IMG/VR virus record: IMGVR_UViG_3300035491_000246
Location: 1 to 33,347 of that record
Reading direction: 5' to 3' (one strand)
DNA length: 33,347 nt
DNA from: a virus
Taxonomy: Duplodnaviria > Caudoviricetes
This document shows positions 6,988 through 15,345 of the stretch, piece after piece. Numbering within the stretch: position 1 is the stretch's first letter; each line of letters starts with the position of its first letter. The notes beneath the pieces are model-generated. The model was given only the letters and a program-made list of their open reading frames with translations. It searched no databases and was not told the DNA's origin. The position numbers and the translations under genes were made by a program.

Positions 6988-7216
6988 CCGTGAGCGGATT
7001 ATGGCCTATGCCCGGGATCGGCAGCGAGTCACGCTGAAGGAGCTGAGGCAGTTGCTGGGGGTGCCCAGTACTACCTGCGCCAGTGCGGTAGCGCAGTTGG
7101 TGCACAGTGGCAAGATGGTGGCGCTGGGTGAAGGGGTTTACCGGGTGGTGGATTCGGAGCGGCACCGCCAGCTGGTGCGGATGGTGATTTTTGGCGAGAG
7201 GGGGACGGCGGCATGA
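6977..7216 (+). CDS. Small winged-helix DNA-binding protein
   Basis: SD GGAGG; RERIMAYARDRQRVTLKELRQLLG...AVAQLVHSGKM...GVYR wHTH pattern. Confidence 0.65.
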   Translation: MASNRERIMAYARDRQRVTLKELRQLLGVPSTTCASAVAQLVHSGKMVALGEGVYRVVDSERHRQLVRMVIFGERGTAA

Positions 7217-7899
7217 GCAACCTGATGAACAGGCCGAATGGCGGGCTGACGATGAGCAGCCGGGAGATTGCAGAACTGGTGGAAAAGCGCCACGACCATG
7301 TGATGCGTGACATTCGCAAGATGCTGGCGGAGCTGGATTTGCCCACTCCCCAATTTTGGGGAGTGTATCAGGCCGACAATGGCCAGCAGTACGAGTGCTT
7401 CAATCTGCCTCGCCGTGAGTGCGACATTCTGGTGGCGGGTTACAGCATTCGGTACCGGGCGGCCATTGTTGATCGCTGGCAGGAGCTGGAGCGGCATGCC
7501 GCCGAGGGTCCGAAGCTGCCGGCCACCTTCGCCGAGGCCCTGCGCCTGGCCGCCGAGCAGGCCGAACGACTGGAGCAGCAGCAGGCTCAGCTGGCGCAAG
7601 CGGCGCCCAAGGTGGAATTTGTGGATCGGTACGTGGATGCCTCCGGCCTGCAGAACATCAGCAACGTGGCCAAGATGCTGAACTGCGGCCCCATCAAGTT
7701 CAGCCGGTTGCTGGAATCCGACGGCATCCTGTATCGCTCCGGTGGCGCCCTGGTGCCCAGGCAGGAGTTGATTGATCGGGGCCTGTTCCGGCTGAAGACC
7801 GGCGAGGCCAATGGCCACAGCTGGATGCAGACCAAGGTGACGCCCAAGGGGGTGGGTTGGTTGTCCCAGCGTTACGGCACCGAGGTTGACGGGCTGTGA
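7213..7899 (+). CDS. Rha-family regulator / antirepressor with KilAC (ANT) domain
   Basis: TMSSREIAELVEKRHDHVMRDI; LPATFAEALRLAA; APKVEFVD; QTKVTPKGVGWL. Confidence 0.9.
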   Translation: MSNLMNRPNGGLTMSSREIAELVEKRHDHVMRDIRKMLAELDLPTPQFWGVYQADNGQQYECFNLPRRECDILVAGYSIRYRAAIVDRWQELERHAAEGPKLPATFAEALRLAAEQAERLEQQQAQLAQAAPKVEFVDRYVDASGLQNISNVAKMLNCGPIKFSRLLESDGILYRSGGALVPRQELIDRGLFRLKTGEANGHSWMQTKVTPKGVGWLSQRYGTEVDGL

Positions 7900-8117
7900 C
7901 GGAGCCCTGCGGCAACGTGGCCTATCCGGAGCAGACCAGGGCGCAGGCAGACGACCAGGCCTTGCAGAAATGGGCGGCACTGCGGATCCACCAGGTGCGC
8001 CAGGCGCAAACCAGCCGGCGGCGGATTGAAGCGGAACTGGGCGAGATGACAGAACAACAGCGGGAGCGGGCCAGGTACTGGCTGAACCACTACCGGCAGA
8101 AGGCAGAACAAGCATGA
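7896..8117 (+). CDS. Hypothetical phage protein
   Basis: GTGA/ATGA overlaps with both neighbours. Confidence 0.65.
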   Translation: MTEPCGNVAYPEQTRAQADDQALQKWAALRIHQVRQAQTSRRRIEAELGEMTEQQRERARYWLNHYRQKAEQA

Positions 8118-8383
8118 GCACAACCAGGGCGAACTGGAAGAAACACAAGGCCAAGCAGGCGAGCTTTGCGCGGCAGTCGCCGGAGCAGCTGGCGGCCCGG
8201 CAGAGCAAGGAGAGAGCGCGGTTGCTGCGCAAGCATTATGAGGCGGGGACCATTGGCAGCATCAGCGCCCTGGTGGCACGGGCTGAGGCGGACGAAAGCA
8301 AGGAGCTGCGGGGCTCGGTGAGCCATGAGGCATTGCGCATTGTGCTGGAGGCCCGGGCGGCCAAGGCGGGTGGTCATGAGTAA
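8114..8383 (+). CDS. Hypothetical basic phage protein
   Basis: Translationally coupled within the operon. Confidence 0.65.
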   Translation: MSTTRANWKKHKAKQASFARQSPEQLAARQSKERARLLRKHYEAGTIGSISALVARAEADESKELRGSVSHEALRIVLEARAAKAGGHE

Positions 8384-9401
8384 GGCGCTGATCGCCAATC
8401 CGGTGTTTTCGGAGGAGCTGGGGCTGCTGATGTTCAACCCGGGGCAGCAGGCGCTGGCGGCGTTTCGCTCGGTACTGGATAAATCACCAGTGCTTTTGTC
8501 TCCGGCCCCGGACGAGCTGGCGGTATCCGGCCCCGGGCTGGTGGATCGGACTGAGCCGGCCAAGCCGCGGCTGAGTGCCGGGCTGGCGCTAGAGTTCTTC
8601 CTGCAGGAGCCGGTGGCGCTGGCCCTGGGCGGGGCGGAGCGTTTCGCGCAGTGGCAGGGGCGGGCGGATCGGTGTGTGCTGCATGGCGATGATTGCATTG
8701 GTGGCATGACCTGGAGTGCCGGGCCCTGGCCGGTGCCGCTGTGCTGGCATCACGACAATGCCCACCGGGCGGATCCGCTGCCGGCGGTGGCCCGGGTGAT
8801 GGAGCGCAAGGTGCTGGCGTTTGGCCTGGGCCGGGTGGCGGAGTTTGTGGGGCGGGGCAGAGTGACTGAGGTATCCGCGGCGGAGCTGGCCTGGTGGGCG
8901 GCGGCCCATGGTGTGCATGAGCAACTGCCCGAGGCGCTGGCCCGTAGCGCACTGGGGCGACAATGTGCGTCGCCCGACCGGCATACGGCCTACGGCTGGC
9001 GCGACACCGACGCCCGCTACGACGCCCGGGACCATATTGCTGACCTCGGCGAAATGGTTAAGCCCATCCGGTTTGAGGTGGATCCGGAGCCGGCGGCCAT
9101 GCACATGCTGCGCCCCAAGCTGACCCGCTGGCAAAGCGAGGCCTATCTCAAGTTCGTGCGTTCCCAGCCTTGCGTGGCCACCGGCACCACCGAGGCGGTG
9201 GAGGCCCACCACCTGATCGGCCACGGCCATTCCGGCATGGCGCTGAAGGTGCACGACCTGCTGGCCTTTCCGCTGTGCCACCGGGAGCATATGCGCCTGC
9301 ATAACCAGGGCTGGCAGCAGTGGGAGCGGGAACACGGCTCCCAGCTGGAGCATGTGCTGGCCACCATCAACAAGGCCGCCGGCCTGGGGGTGTTTGGATG
9401 A
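8376..9401 (+). CDS. DUF968/YdfU-like protein (putative HNH-type nuclease)
   Basis: LCWHHDN; LRPKLTRW...YLKFVRSQPC...HHLIGHGHSGM...HDLLAFPLC..H..LH. Confidence 0.85.
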   Translation: MSKALIANPVFSEELGLLMFNPGQQALAAFRSVLDKSPVLLSPAPDELAVSGPGLVDRTEPAKPRLSAGLALEFFLQEPVALALGGAERFAQWQGRADRCVLHGDDCIGGMTWSAGPWPVPLCWHHDNAHRADPLPAVARVMERKVLAFGLGRVAEFVGRGRVTEVSAAELAWWAAAHGVHEQLPEALARSALGRQCASPDRHTAYGWRDTDARYDARDHIADLGEMVKPIRFEVDPEPAAMHMLRPKLTRWQSEAYLKFVRSQPCVATGTTEAVEAHHLIGHGHSGMALKVHDLLAFPLCHREHMRLHNQGWQQWEREHGSQLEHVLATINKAAGLGVFG

Positions 9402-9760
9402 TTTCACTGGAATTGCCGTGGCCGCCGTCCACTAACCGGATCTGGCGCAACGTGGCCGTGGGCGGCAAACCCCGTACTCTGCTGAGCCAGGAAGGGCGGG
9501 CCTATCGTGCCCAGGTAGCAAAGCTGGTGCTGCTGGCGCGGGCCAACCGGCAACTGGCCGGCCGGATCCGGGTGGATGTGGTGGCGCAGGCGCCGGATCG
9601 CCGCGGCCGTGACCTGGACAACATCCTCAAGGCCACCCTGGACGCACTGACCCACGCCGGGGTTTGGCAGGACGACAGCCAGATAGACCGGCTACTGGTA
9701 GAGCGCGGCGCCGTGAGCAAGCCGGGCCGCCTGCTGGTGGCGATTTCATACGAAGAATAA
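9398..9760 (+). CDS. rusA: RusA-family Holliday junction resolvase
   Basis: LPWPPSTN...PDRRGRDLDNILKATLDAL...DDSQI. Confidence 0.93.
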   Translation: MISLELPWPPSTNRIWRNVAVGGKPRTLLSQEGRAYRAQVAKLVLLARANRQLAGRIRVDVVAQAPDRRGRDLDNILKATLDALTHAGVWQDDSQIDRLLVERGAVSKPGRLLVAISYEE

Positions 9761-9770
9761 GGGGGGGCGC

Positions 9771-10121
9771 ATGAAACAGGTGAAGCAACTGCTGGAGAAC
9801 TGGGGCATCTGGGCCCGCTGCCGCCTGGGTACCGAATACGCCCCCGTGGCCATGGGCATGATGGACGCCGTGGAGTGGGAAAGCCGTACCTACCGGGGCG
9901 AGTGGAACGACGACATCGCCCTGGCCGTGGATCGGGCCGTGGCGGAGCTGGGGCAGTTTGATGAAGAGCTGCGGGAGCTGATGTTTCAGCACTACGTGTG
10001 CTCGGCCTCGGTGCGCCACTTGTCGCGGGTAACCAAGGTTCACCGGGAGCGGCTGGCGCGGGACATTGAACGCGGGGAGATGTGGGTGGCGGCAAGGATG
10101 TTTGCTGTGAATGTGCTGTAA
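9771..10121 (+). CDS. Antiterminator Q-family protein
   Basis: LLENWGIWAR N-terminus, C-terminal HTH, located before the late promoter and holin. Confidence 0.8.
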   Translation: MKQVKQLLENWGIWARCRLGTEYAPVAMGMMDAVEWESRTYRGEWNDDIALAVDRAVAELGQFDEELRELMFQHYVCSASVRHLSRVTKVHRERLARDIERGEMWVAARMFAVNVL

Positions 10122-10146
10122 ATTTATACATGCTGTATAAATGACC

Positions 10147-10175
10147 TTGCTGTATGGCCGTCCAGGTGATAGGCT
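10147..10175 (+). promoter_or_regulatory. Late promoter pR'
   Basis: TTGCTG-17 bp-TAGGCT after Q and upstream of tandem terminators. Confidence 0.6.
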
Positions 10176-10224
10176 CGTACAGGTACGCTCGACAATTGCG
10201 TCCGAAGCGCACCAAATCATTATC

Positions 10225-10282
10225 AAGCCCTGGCATTCGCCGGGGCTTTCCTTTTTCAGGCCCGCCATTGCGCGGGCTTTTT
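10225..10282 (+). terminator. Two tandem terminators (tR')
   Basis: AAGCCCTGGC-ATTC-GCCGGGGCTT-TCCTTTTT and GGCCCGC-CATTGC-GCGGGC-TTTTT. Confidence 0.8.
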
Positions 10283-10306
10283 CATTTCCCCGAGCGGGGT
10301 ACGGAT

Positions 10307-10627
10307 ATGCCTGTGCCGGAAAAAGACCCGAACCTGTGGGCGATGCTGGCGGCCTGGCTCGCCCATCACTCTCCGACCATCTACGGCGCCATGCTGGCGG
10401 TGGCGGTGGCCATCGTGCGGGTGATCTACGGCGGTGGCACGGCCCGACAGATGTCGCTGGAGGGTGCGCTGTGCGGCCTTCTGAGTTTAACCCTGACCAG
10501 CGGCCTGGAGTTGATTGGCTTGCCCATTAGCGCCGCGGCATTCGTGGGCGGAATGGTCGGCTTTATTGGCACCGAGGCGGTGCGCGACTTCGCCATGCGC
10601 TGGATCGGCAAGAAGGTGGAGGAGTGA
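10307..10627 (+). CDS. Holin, lambda S family
   Basis: 106 aa, three TM segments, PEK N-terminus, GGMVGFIGTEAVR, basic C-terminus. Confidence 0.92.
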   Translation: MPVPEKDPNLWAMLAAWLAHHSPTIYGAMLAVAVAIVRVIYGGGTARQMSLEGALCGLLSLTLTSGLELIGLPISAAAFVGGMVGFIGTEAVRDFAMRWIGKKVEE

Positions 10628-11019
10628 TGTTTCAATTCAGCCAACGCAGCGAGCAGAACCTGCAGGGTGTTCACCCGGATCTGGTTGCCGTAGTGCGCAA
10701 GGCGCTGGCGCTGACCAGCGTTGACTTTATGGTGACCGAGGGAGTGCGAACCCCAGAACGCCAGCGAGAACTGGTGTCGCGCGGGGCCAGCCAGACCATG
10801 AACAGCCTGCACCTGCCCCAGGCGGACGGTTATGCCCATGCGGTGGACCTGGCCGCATGGGTGGGCGGGGTGCGCTGGGACTGGCCGCTCTACCACAAAA
10901 TTGCCGAGGCCATGAAGCTGGCCGCTGCCGAGCTGGGTATACCCATTGAGTGGGGCGGCGACTGGCGCAGCTTTCCGGACGGGCCTCACTTCCAGCTGCC
11001 TCGAGGATACCGCGGATGA
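10627..11019 (+). CDS. Endolysin, M15-family peptidase
   Basis: FSQRS..NL.GVHPDL, EGVRT, SLH, AVD, WGGDW..F.DGPHFQL. Confidence 0.92.
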   Translation: MFQFSQRSEQNLQGVHPDLVAVVRKALALTSVDFMVTEGVRTPERQRELVSRGASQTMNSLHLPQADGYAHAVDLAAWVGGVRWDWPLYHKIAEAMKLAAAELGIPIEWGGDWRSFPDGPHFQLPRGYRG

Positions 11020-11537
11020 TGAAGGCGCTGCCCTATGTGGCCCCGGCGGCACTGGCCGCCCTGCTTGCCTGGGGCGTTGAGCATTACCGCATGAGTGCAG
11101 AGCTGGCCAACGTTCGACAGAGCCATGCCGAGCGGCTGCATGCCATGGTAGAAGCCAATGCTGCCACCCTGGAGCAGGCCACCCGCAAGGCCGAGAGCCT
11201 GCAGGCTCAACTGGCTGCTCTCGATGCCCAATACACTCAGGAGCTGCAAGATGCCCAAGCCCATAACATTGAGCTGCGCGATGCTGTGGATGCTGGCGCT
11301 AAGCGGCTGCGCATCCTCGCCAAGCGGCCCGCTTCCTGCCCTGCAATGCCCGGCACCACCGACAGTGCCGGCGTGGGTGATGGAGCCGCCGTCGAACTCA
11401 GTGCAGCTGCTGGACGCGCTTATCACCGTCTCCGAGCTGGACTGACCAGCGACACCGCCAAGCTGCAGGCTTGTCAGGCCATACTGGCCCGGCTTACCCA
11501 AGGAGAAGCAGATGGACACCAACGCACTGCTGATTGA
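11016..11537 (+). CDS. i-spanin (Rz-like)
   Basis: N-terminal TM, coiled coil, LRDAVDAGAKRLR, AGVGDG. Confidence 0.88.
   Translation: MMKALPYVAPAALAALLAWGVEHYRMSAELANVRQSHAERLHAMVEANAATLEQATRKAESLQAQLAALDAQYTQELQDAQAHNIELRDAVDAGAKRLRILAKRPASCPAMPGTTDSAGVGDGAAVELSAAAGRAYHRLRAGLTSDTAKLQACQAILARLTQGEADGHQRTAD
11251..11445 (+). CDS. o-spanin (Rz1-like lipoprotein) nested in Rz
   Basis: SD GGAG, lipobox LSGC, Pro-rich CPAPPTVPAWVM, alternative frame inside Rz. Confidence 0.88.
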   Translation: MPKPITLSCAMLWMLALSGCASSPSGPLPALQCPAPPTVPAWVMEPPSNSVQLLDALITVSELD

Positions 11538-11709
11538 ACTGATTGAGGCCATGCAGGCACAGACCGCCGTGATAGCGGATCAGGCCGAGGCGATAGGCCG
11601 ACTGGCCGACAGCAACCAGCAACTGATTGCCGCCCTGGCCGACATTGACGAGGGTGACGACCTCGACCGGCCCCAGGCCACTTACCTGGACGGCTCGCCA
11701 TGCCTGTGA
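11512..11709 (+). CDS. Small acidic hypothetical phage protein
   Basis: SD AAGGAG; coiled coil; C-terminal TYLDG motif as seen before packaging HNH genes. Confidence 0.7.
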   Translation: MDTNALLIELIEAMQAQTAVIADQAEAIGRLADSNQQLIAALADIDEGDDLDRPQATYLDGSPCL

Positions 11710-12068
11710 GGATCCCCAGGCCCTGCCGGGCGCCAGGGTGTGCCGGCAAGAGCACGGTGCGGCATGGCTACTGCGAGCAGCACGAACACCTGCACCAGCC
11801 CTGGACTCGGGGCAATGCAGGGCAAGGCCGCGGCGGCAGACCCTGGCGGCGACTGCGAGAGCAGGTGCTGGCACGAGACAAACACCTGTGCCAATGCGGT
11901 GAATGCAGAAAAGAGGGGAGAGCCCGGCCAGCCACGGAAGTGGATCACATCGTACCCAAGGCGGAAGGCGGCACCGATTCCCCGGGCAATTTGCAGGCGA
12001 TTAATACTGATTGTCACAAGCGGAAAACTGCCAAGGAGTCATTGGCTGCCCGACAAAAGAAAACATAA
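11700..12068 (+). CDS. HNH endonuclease, HK97 gp74-like terminase cofactor
   Basis: RPCRAPGC...GYCEQH; WRRLR..VL.RD.HLC; VDHIVPKAEGGTD...NLQ..CH..KT. Confidence 0.9.
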   Translation: MPVRIPRPCRAPGCAGKSTVRHGYCEQHEHLHQPWTRGNAGQGRGGRPWRRLREQVLARDKHLCQCGECRKEGRARPATEVDHIVPKAEGGTDSPGNLQAINTDCHKRKTAKESLAARQKKT

Positions 12069-12147
12069 CGACGAAGCCCGGCGTGCTGGTAACACTGCCG
12101 GGCTTCTGACCACAACCCGATCAAGAGAGGATCATGGTTATGACTAC
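12065..12147 (-). ncRNA. Putative sar-like antisense sRNA over the HNH gene RBS
   Basis: Minus-strand TTGATT-17-TACGAT (12181-12153); hairpins 12073-12106 and 12107-12140. Confidence 0.55.
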
Positions 12148-12871
12148 CCGACATCGTACCTGTGCTGAATGTGGTAATCAATTCAGCTACCTAATATCTC
12201 GCGGCGCAGACAGGAAGTATTGTTCGCCGGGATGCGGCAATAAAGCCAACGAAAGATTAAAGGAAGCAAAGGCCGCTAATTACAAGGACTGCTCTGCACC
12301 AGGCTGCAATCTAAAAGCTAATAGGGTTGGGGCTGGACTGTGCGAGAAGCATTACATAAGACTTCGCAGGAATGGCGAGCTTAGTAAAAAGGACGTGGTG
12401 AAAACAGGAAGCCTTACCCATACGGGTGGCTACCTGCTTGATTATGATCCTGACCACCGTCTAAGCCGTGGTCATTCGAGGGTTTACCAGCATCGTAAAG
12501 TATTTCACACCGCGCACGGAGAAGGCCCGTTCTCTTGTCATTGGTGTGGCGTGTGTGTGACTTGGGATGACATGCATGTAGATCATGTTAATGCCGTGGT
12601 TACTGACAACAGGCTGAGTAATCTTGTGGCCAGCTGCCCTCAATGCAACATGCAAAGAGGTAACAAAAAGATGAAGCGCACCCATCAAGAGCGCGGAATC
12701 ATGATTGATTTCAATGGCGAACGATTGCATATCAGTGAGTGGGCCAAGCGACTCGGTATATCAAGAGCCGCCATGCGCTCAAGGCTCGATAGCTGGCCAC
12801 TGGAGGACGCGTTAACCAGACCCAAGGGGGCGTTCGGGCCAAAGCCAACAAGCCCCAAGCAATACCGCTGA
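12134..12871 (+). CDS. Second HNH endonuclease (homing-type) with Zn-binding N-terminus and C-terminal HTH
   Basis: CAEC, YCSPGC, LCEKHY; CHWC...HVDHVN...DNRLSNL..SC..CN; ISEWAKRLGIS; visibly lower GC than flanks. Start may be 12140. Confidence 0.85.
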   Translation: MVMTTRHRTCAECGNQFSYLISRGADRKYCSPGCGNKANERLKEAKAANYKDCSAPGCNLKANRVGAGLCEKHYIRLRRNGELSKKDVVKTGSLTHTGGYLLDYDPDHRLSRGHSRVYQHRKVFHTAHGEGPFSCHWCGVCVTWDDMHVDHVNAVVTDNRLSNLVASCPQCNMQRGNKKMKRTHQERGIMIDFNGERLHISEWAKRLGISRAAMRSRLDSWPLEDALTRPKGAFGPKPTSPKQYR

Positions 12872-12889
12872 ATAGCTCATTTCAGACTG

Positions 12890-12985
12890 TGGCGCGGGGA
12901 GGGGGTGGGTAAATCCCTACCACCCTCAAACTCGGACACCGCGCCCTCAAGTCTTTTTTTACGCGTGAGAAATAACGAAAAAAAA
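12890..12985. other. Probable cos region
   Basis: G-run/GGGTAAATCCCT...CACCGCGCCCTCAA...TTTTTTTACGCG layout immediately before terS, as in HK97-like cos phages; exact cut site not determinable. Confidence 0.5.
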
Positions 12986-12998
12986 TCTGGAGGGCGAT

Positions 12999-13457
12999 TT
13001 GAACAATTCTGCACCGGTGCGGGCCTCCGGCGGGGGCAGGAAATCGAAGACGTCCCTGCAGCACAAGAGCACCCTGACCCGCATTGCACCGCCGGATGAG
13101 TTGGTGAACGGCACCGCCATCCGGATTTGGAAAACCCAATCAAAGATCCTGATCGAGCGCGGCACCTTCGAGCTGGAGGATGCCCCGCTGCTGGTGGCCT
13201 ACTGCAACAGCTTCGCGCTGATGCTGGAAGCCGAGAAAAAAATCATGGACTCCAAAGCGGACGATGGCGGCATGGCCATTCCCACCGCCGACGGCAGCTG
13301 GAAGAAGTCTCCCTATGTTGGGGTGCGCAACGACTGCATATCGCAACTTACCCGAACCGGCTCGCTCCTGGGGCTGGACCCGCTCACGCGGATCCGGATG
13401 CTGGGCGCCGGAAATAACGGCAACGACGAGGGCGGCACCGAATTTGACGAGTTCTAG
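12999..13457 (+). CDS. terS: Terminase small subunit, P27 family
   Basis: TTG start after GGAGG; GGGRK, APPDEL, L.AYC, LGLDPLTR. Confidence 0.9.
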   Translation: MNNSAPVRASGGGRKSKTSLQHKSTLTRIAPPDELVNGTAIRIWKTQSKILIERGTFELEDAPLLVAYCNSFALMLEAEKKIMDSKADDGGMAIPTADGSWKKSPYVGVRNDCISQLTRTGSLLGLDPLTRIRMLGAGNNGNDEGGTEFDEF

Positions 13458-13460
13458 CCT

Positions 13461-15188
13461 ATGGCCGCATATCCACACGTTAACGCAGCGCAGAAATACG
13501 CGCGGGACGTGGTCGGCGGGCGGATCCCGGCCTGCTCCCTGGTCAAGGCGGCCTGTGCCCGGCACCTCAACGATTTAACCGCGGCCAAGGCCAAGAGCTA
13601 CCCGTACCGCTTCGACCGGGACCTGGCCGAGCGGGTGTGCAAGTTCATCAGCCTGATGCCGCATACCAAGGGCGAGTGGGCACGCAAGAACGAGCGCGTG
13701 AAGCTGGAGCCCTGGCAACAATTCATCTTCTCCACCGCCTTCGGCTGGGTACGCAAGGCCGACAAGACCCGGCGCTTCCGCGAAGTCTATGTCGAGGTGC
13801 CAAGGAAGAACGGAAAAAGCCTGATCGCCGCCGGTGCCGGGCTCTATGCCTTCTGCGCCGACAACGAATACGGCGCCGAAGTGTACTGTGGCGCCACCAG
13901 TGAAAAGCAGGCCTGGGAAGTCTTCCGGCCGGCGATGAAGATGGCGCAGAAGCTGCCCACCCTGCGCAAGAAGTTCGGTGTCATCACCTGGGCGAAAAAG
14001 CTCGAGCGCACCGACGGCAGCGTGTTCGAGCCGGTGATCGGCGACCCCGGAGACGGATCCAGCCCGTCCTTTGCCATCGTGGACGAATACCACGAACACC
14101 CGGACTCCCGGCTGTACGACACCATGATCACCGGTATGGGGGCTCGCTCCCAGCCGATGATGTGGGTCATCACCACCGCCGGTTACGACATCGGCGGCCC
14201 CTGCTACGCCATGCGCGAGCGAGTGGAAGAAATGCTGGAAGGCATCTCCCGGGACCAGGCCGACGACGAGCTGTTCGGCATCGTCTATACCCTGGACAAG
14301 GACGACGACTGGACCGACGAAGCCGTGCTGGCCAAGGCCAACCCCAACATTGGGGTATCGGTCAAGGCCGACTACCTGCGCAGCCAGCAGCTCAAAGCCA
14401 TTGCCCGGGCACGCACCGCCAACAAGTTCAAGACCAAGCACCTCAACGTCTGGGTCACTTCGAAAGAAGGCTTCTTCAACATGGAGGCCTGGAAGGGGTG
14501 CGAAGACAAGACACTGAGCATCGAGCCGTTCCGCGGCGAAGAGTGCGTGCTGGCGTTCGACCTGGCCCGCAAGCTGGACATGAACAGCATGGCCCGGTTG
14601 TTCACCCGGGTGATCGACGACAAGGTTCATTACTACAGCGTCAGCCCCCGGTTCTGGGTGCCGGAAGATACCGCCTTCGACGGCGACGACCGGCGCATTA
14701 CCGACCGCTATCAGGGCTGGATTAACGCCGGTGTGCTCGACGCCACCGACGGCAGCGAAGTGGATTACCGGGAAATCCTGGAATGCGCCAAGGAGGCCAA
14801 CCTGGAAACGCCGGCCACCGAGTCGCCCATCGACCCCCACGGCGCGGCCAACCTGTCGCACCAGCTGGCGGACGAGGGCCTGAACCCCATCACCATCGTG
14901 CAGAACTACACCAACATGAGCGACCCGATGAAGGAGCTGGAGGCGGCGATTATCTCCGGCCGCTTCCATCACGACGGCAACCCGATCATGACCTGGTGCG
15001 TGGGCAACGTGGTGGGCAAGCACCTGCCGGGCAACGACGACGTGGTACGGCCCATCAAGCAGGGCGATCACAACAAAATCGACGGGGCAGTGGCGCTGAT
15101 TATGGCCATTGGCCGCGCCATGGTGGCCGCCCAGGCCGCCGGCAGCATCCTCGACACCCTTTCCGACGACGACATTCTGGTTATGTAA
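13461..15188 (+). CDS. terL: Terminase large subunit
   Basis: LEPWQ, Walker A VPRKNGKS, Walker [25 protein letters not shown]. Confidence 0.97.
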   Translation: MAAYPHVNAAQKYARDVVGGRIPACSLVKAACARHLNDLTAAKAKSYPYRFDRDLAERVCKFISLMPHTKGEWARKNERVKLEPWQQFIFSTAFGWVRKADKTRRFREVYVEVPRKNGKSLIAAGAGLYAFCADNEYGAEVYCGATSEKQAWEVFRPAMKMAQKLPTLRKKFGVITWAKKLERTDGSVFEPVIGDPGDGSSPSFAIVDEYHEHPDSRLYDTMITGMGARSQPMMWVITTAGYDIGGPCYAMRERVEEMLEGISRDQADDELFGIVYTLDKDDDWTDEAVLAKANPNIGVSVKADYLRSQQLKAIARARTANKFKTKHLNVWVTSKEGFFNMEAWKGCEDKTLSIEPFRGEECVLAFDLARKLDMNSMARLFTRVIDDKVHYYSVSPRFWVPEDTAFDGDDRRITDRYQGWINAGVLDATDGSEVDYREILECAKEANLETPATESPIDPHGAANLSHQLADEGLNPITIVQNYTNMSDPMKELEAAIISGRFHHDGNPIMTWCVGNVVGKHLPGNDDVVRPIKQGDHNKIDGAVALIMAIGRAMVAAQAAGSILDTLSDDDILVM

Positions 15189-15189
15189 C

Positions 15190-15345
15190 ATGCGAAAAAT
15201 CATCATCGATGTACTGGGGCTGGCCGGCTTCGGCAGCCTGATGGCCGGGGTGTATCTGCGCTACGGGCTGGATATCGCCCTGATGAGTGGCGGCATCCTG
15301 CTGTTGCTGCTGGCGCTGGCTTCGGCCACAAGGAGGCGGCCATGA
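15190..15345 (+). CDS. Small membrane protein between terL and portal
   Basis: 51 aa, two hydrophobic segments, ATGA overlap with portal. Confidence 0.7.
   Translation: MRKIIIDVLGLAGFGSLMAGVYLRYGLDIALMSGGILLLLLALASATRRRP

Noticed and set aside
13575-15206. Long minus-strand ORFs opposite terL, portal, capsid, TMP and TipJ (e.g. 13575-15206, 15261-16409, 17159-18358, 31349-33154)
   Set aside because: Typical antisense open frames of high-GC coding DNA; the sense-strand genes have clear family motifs.
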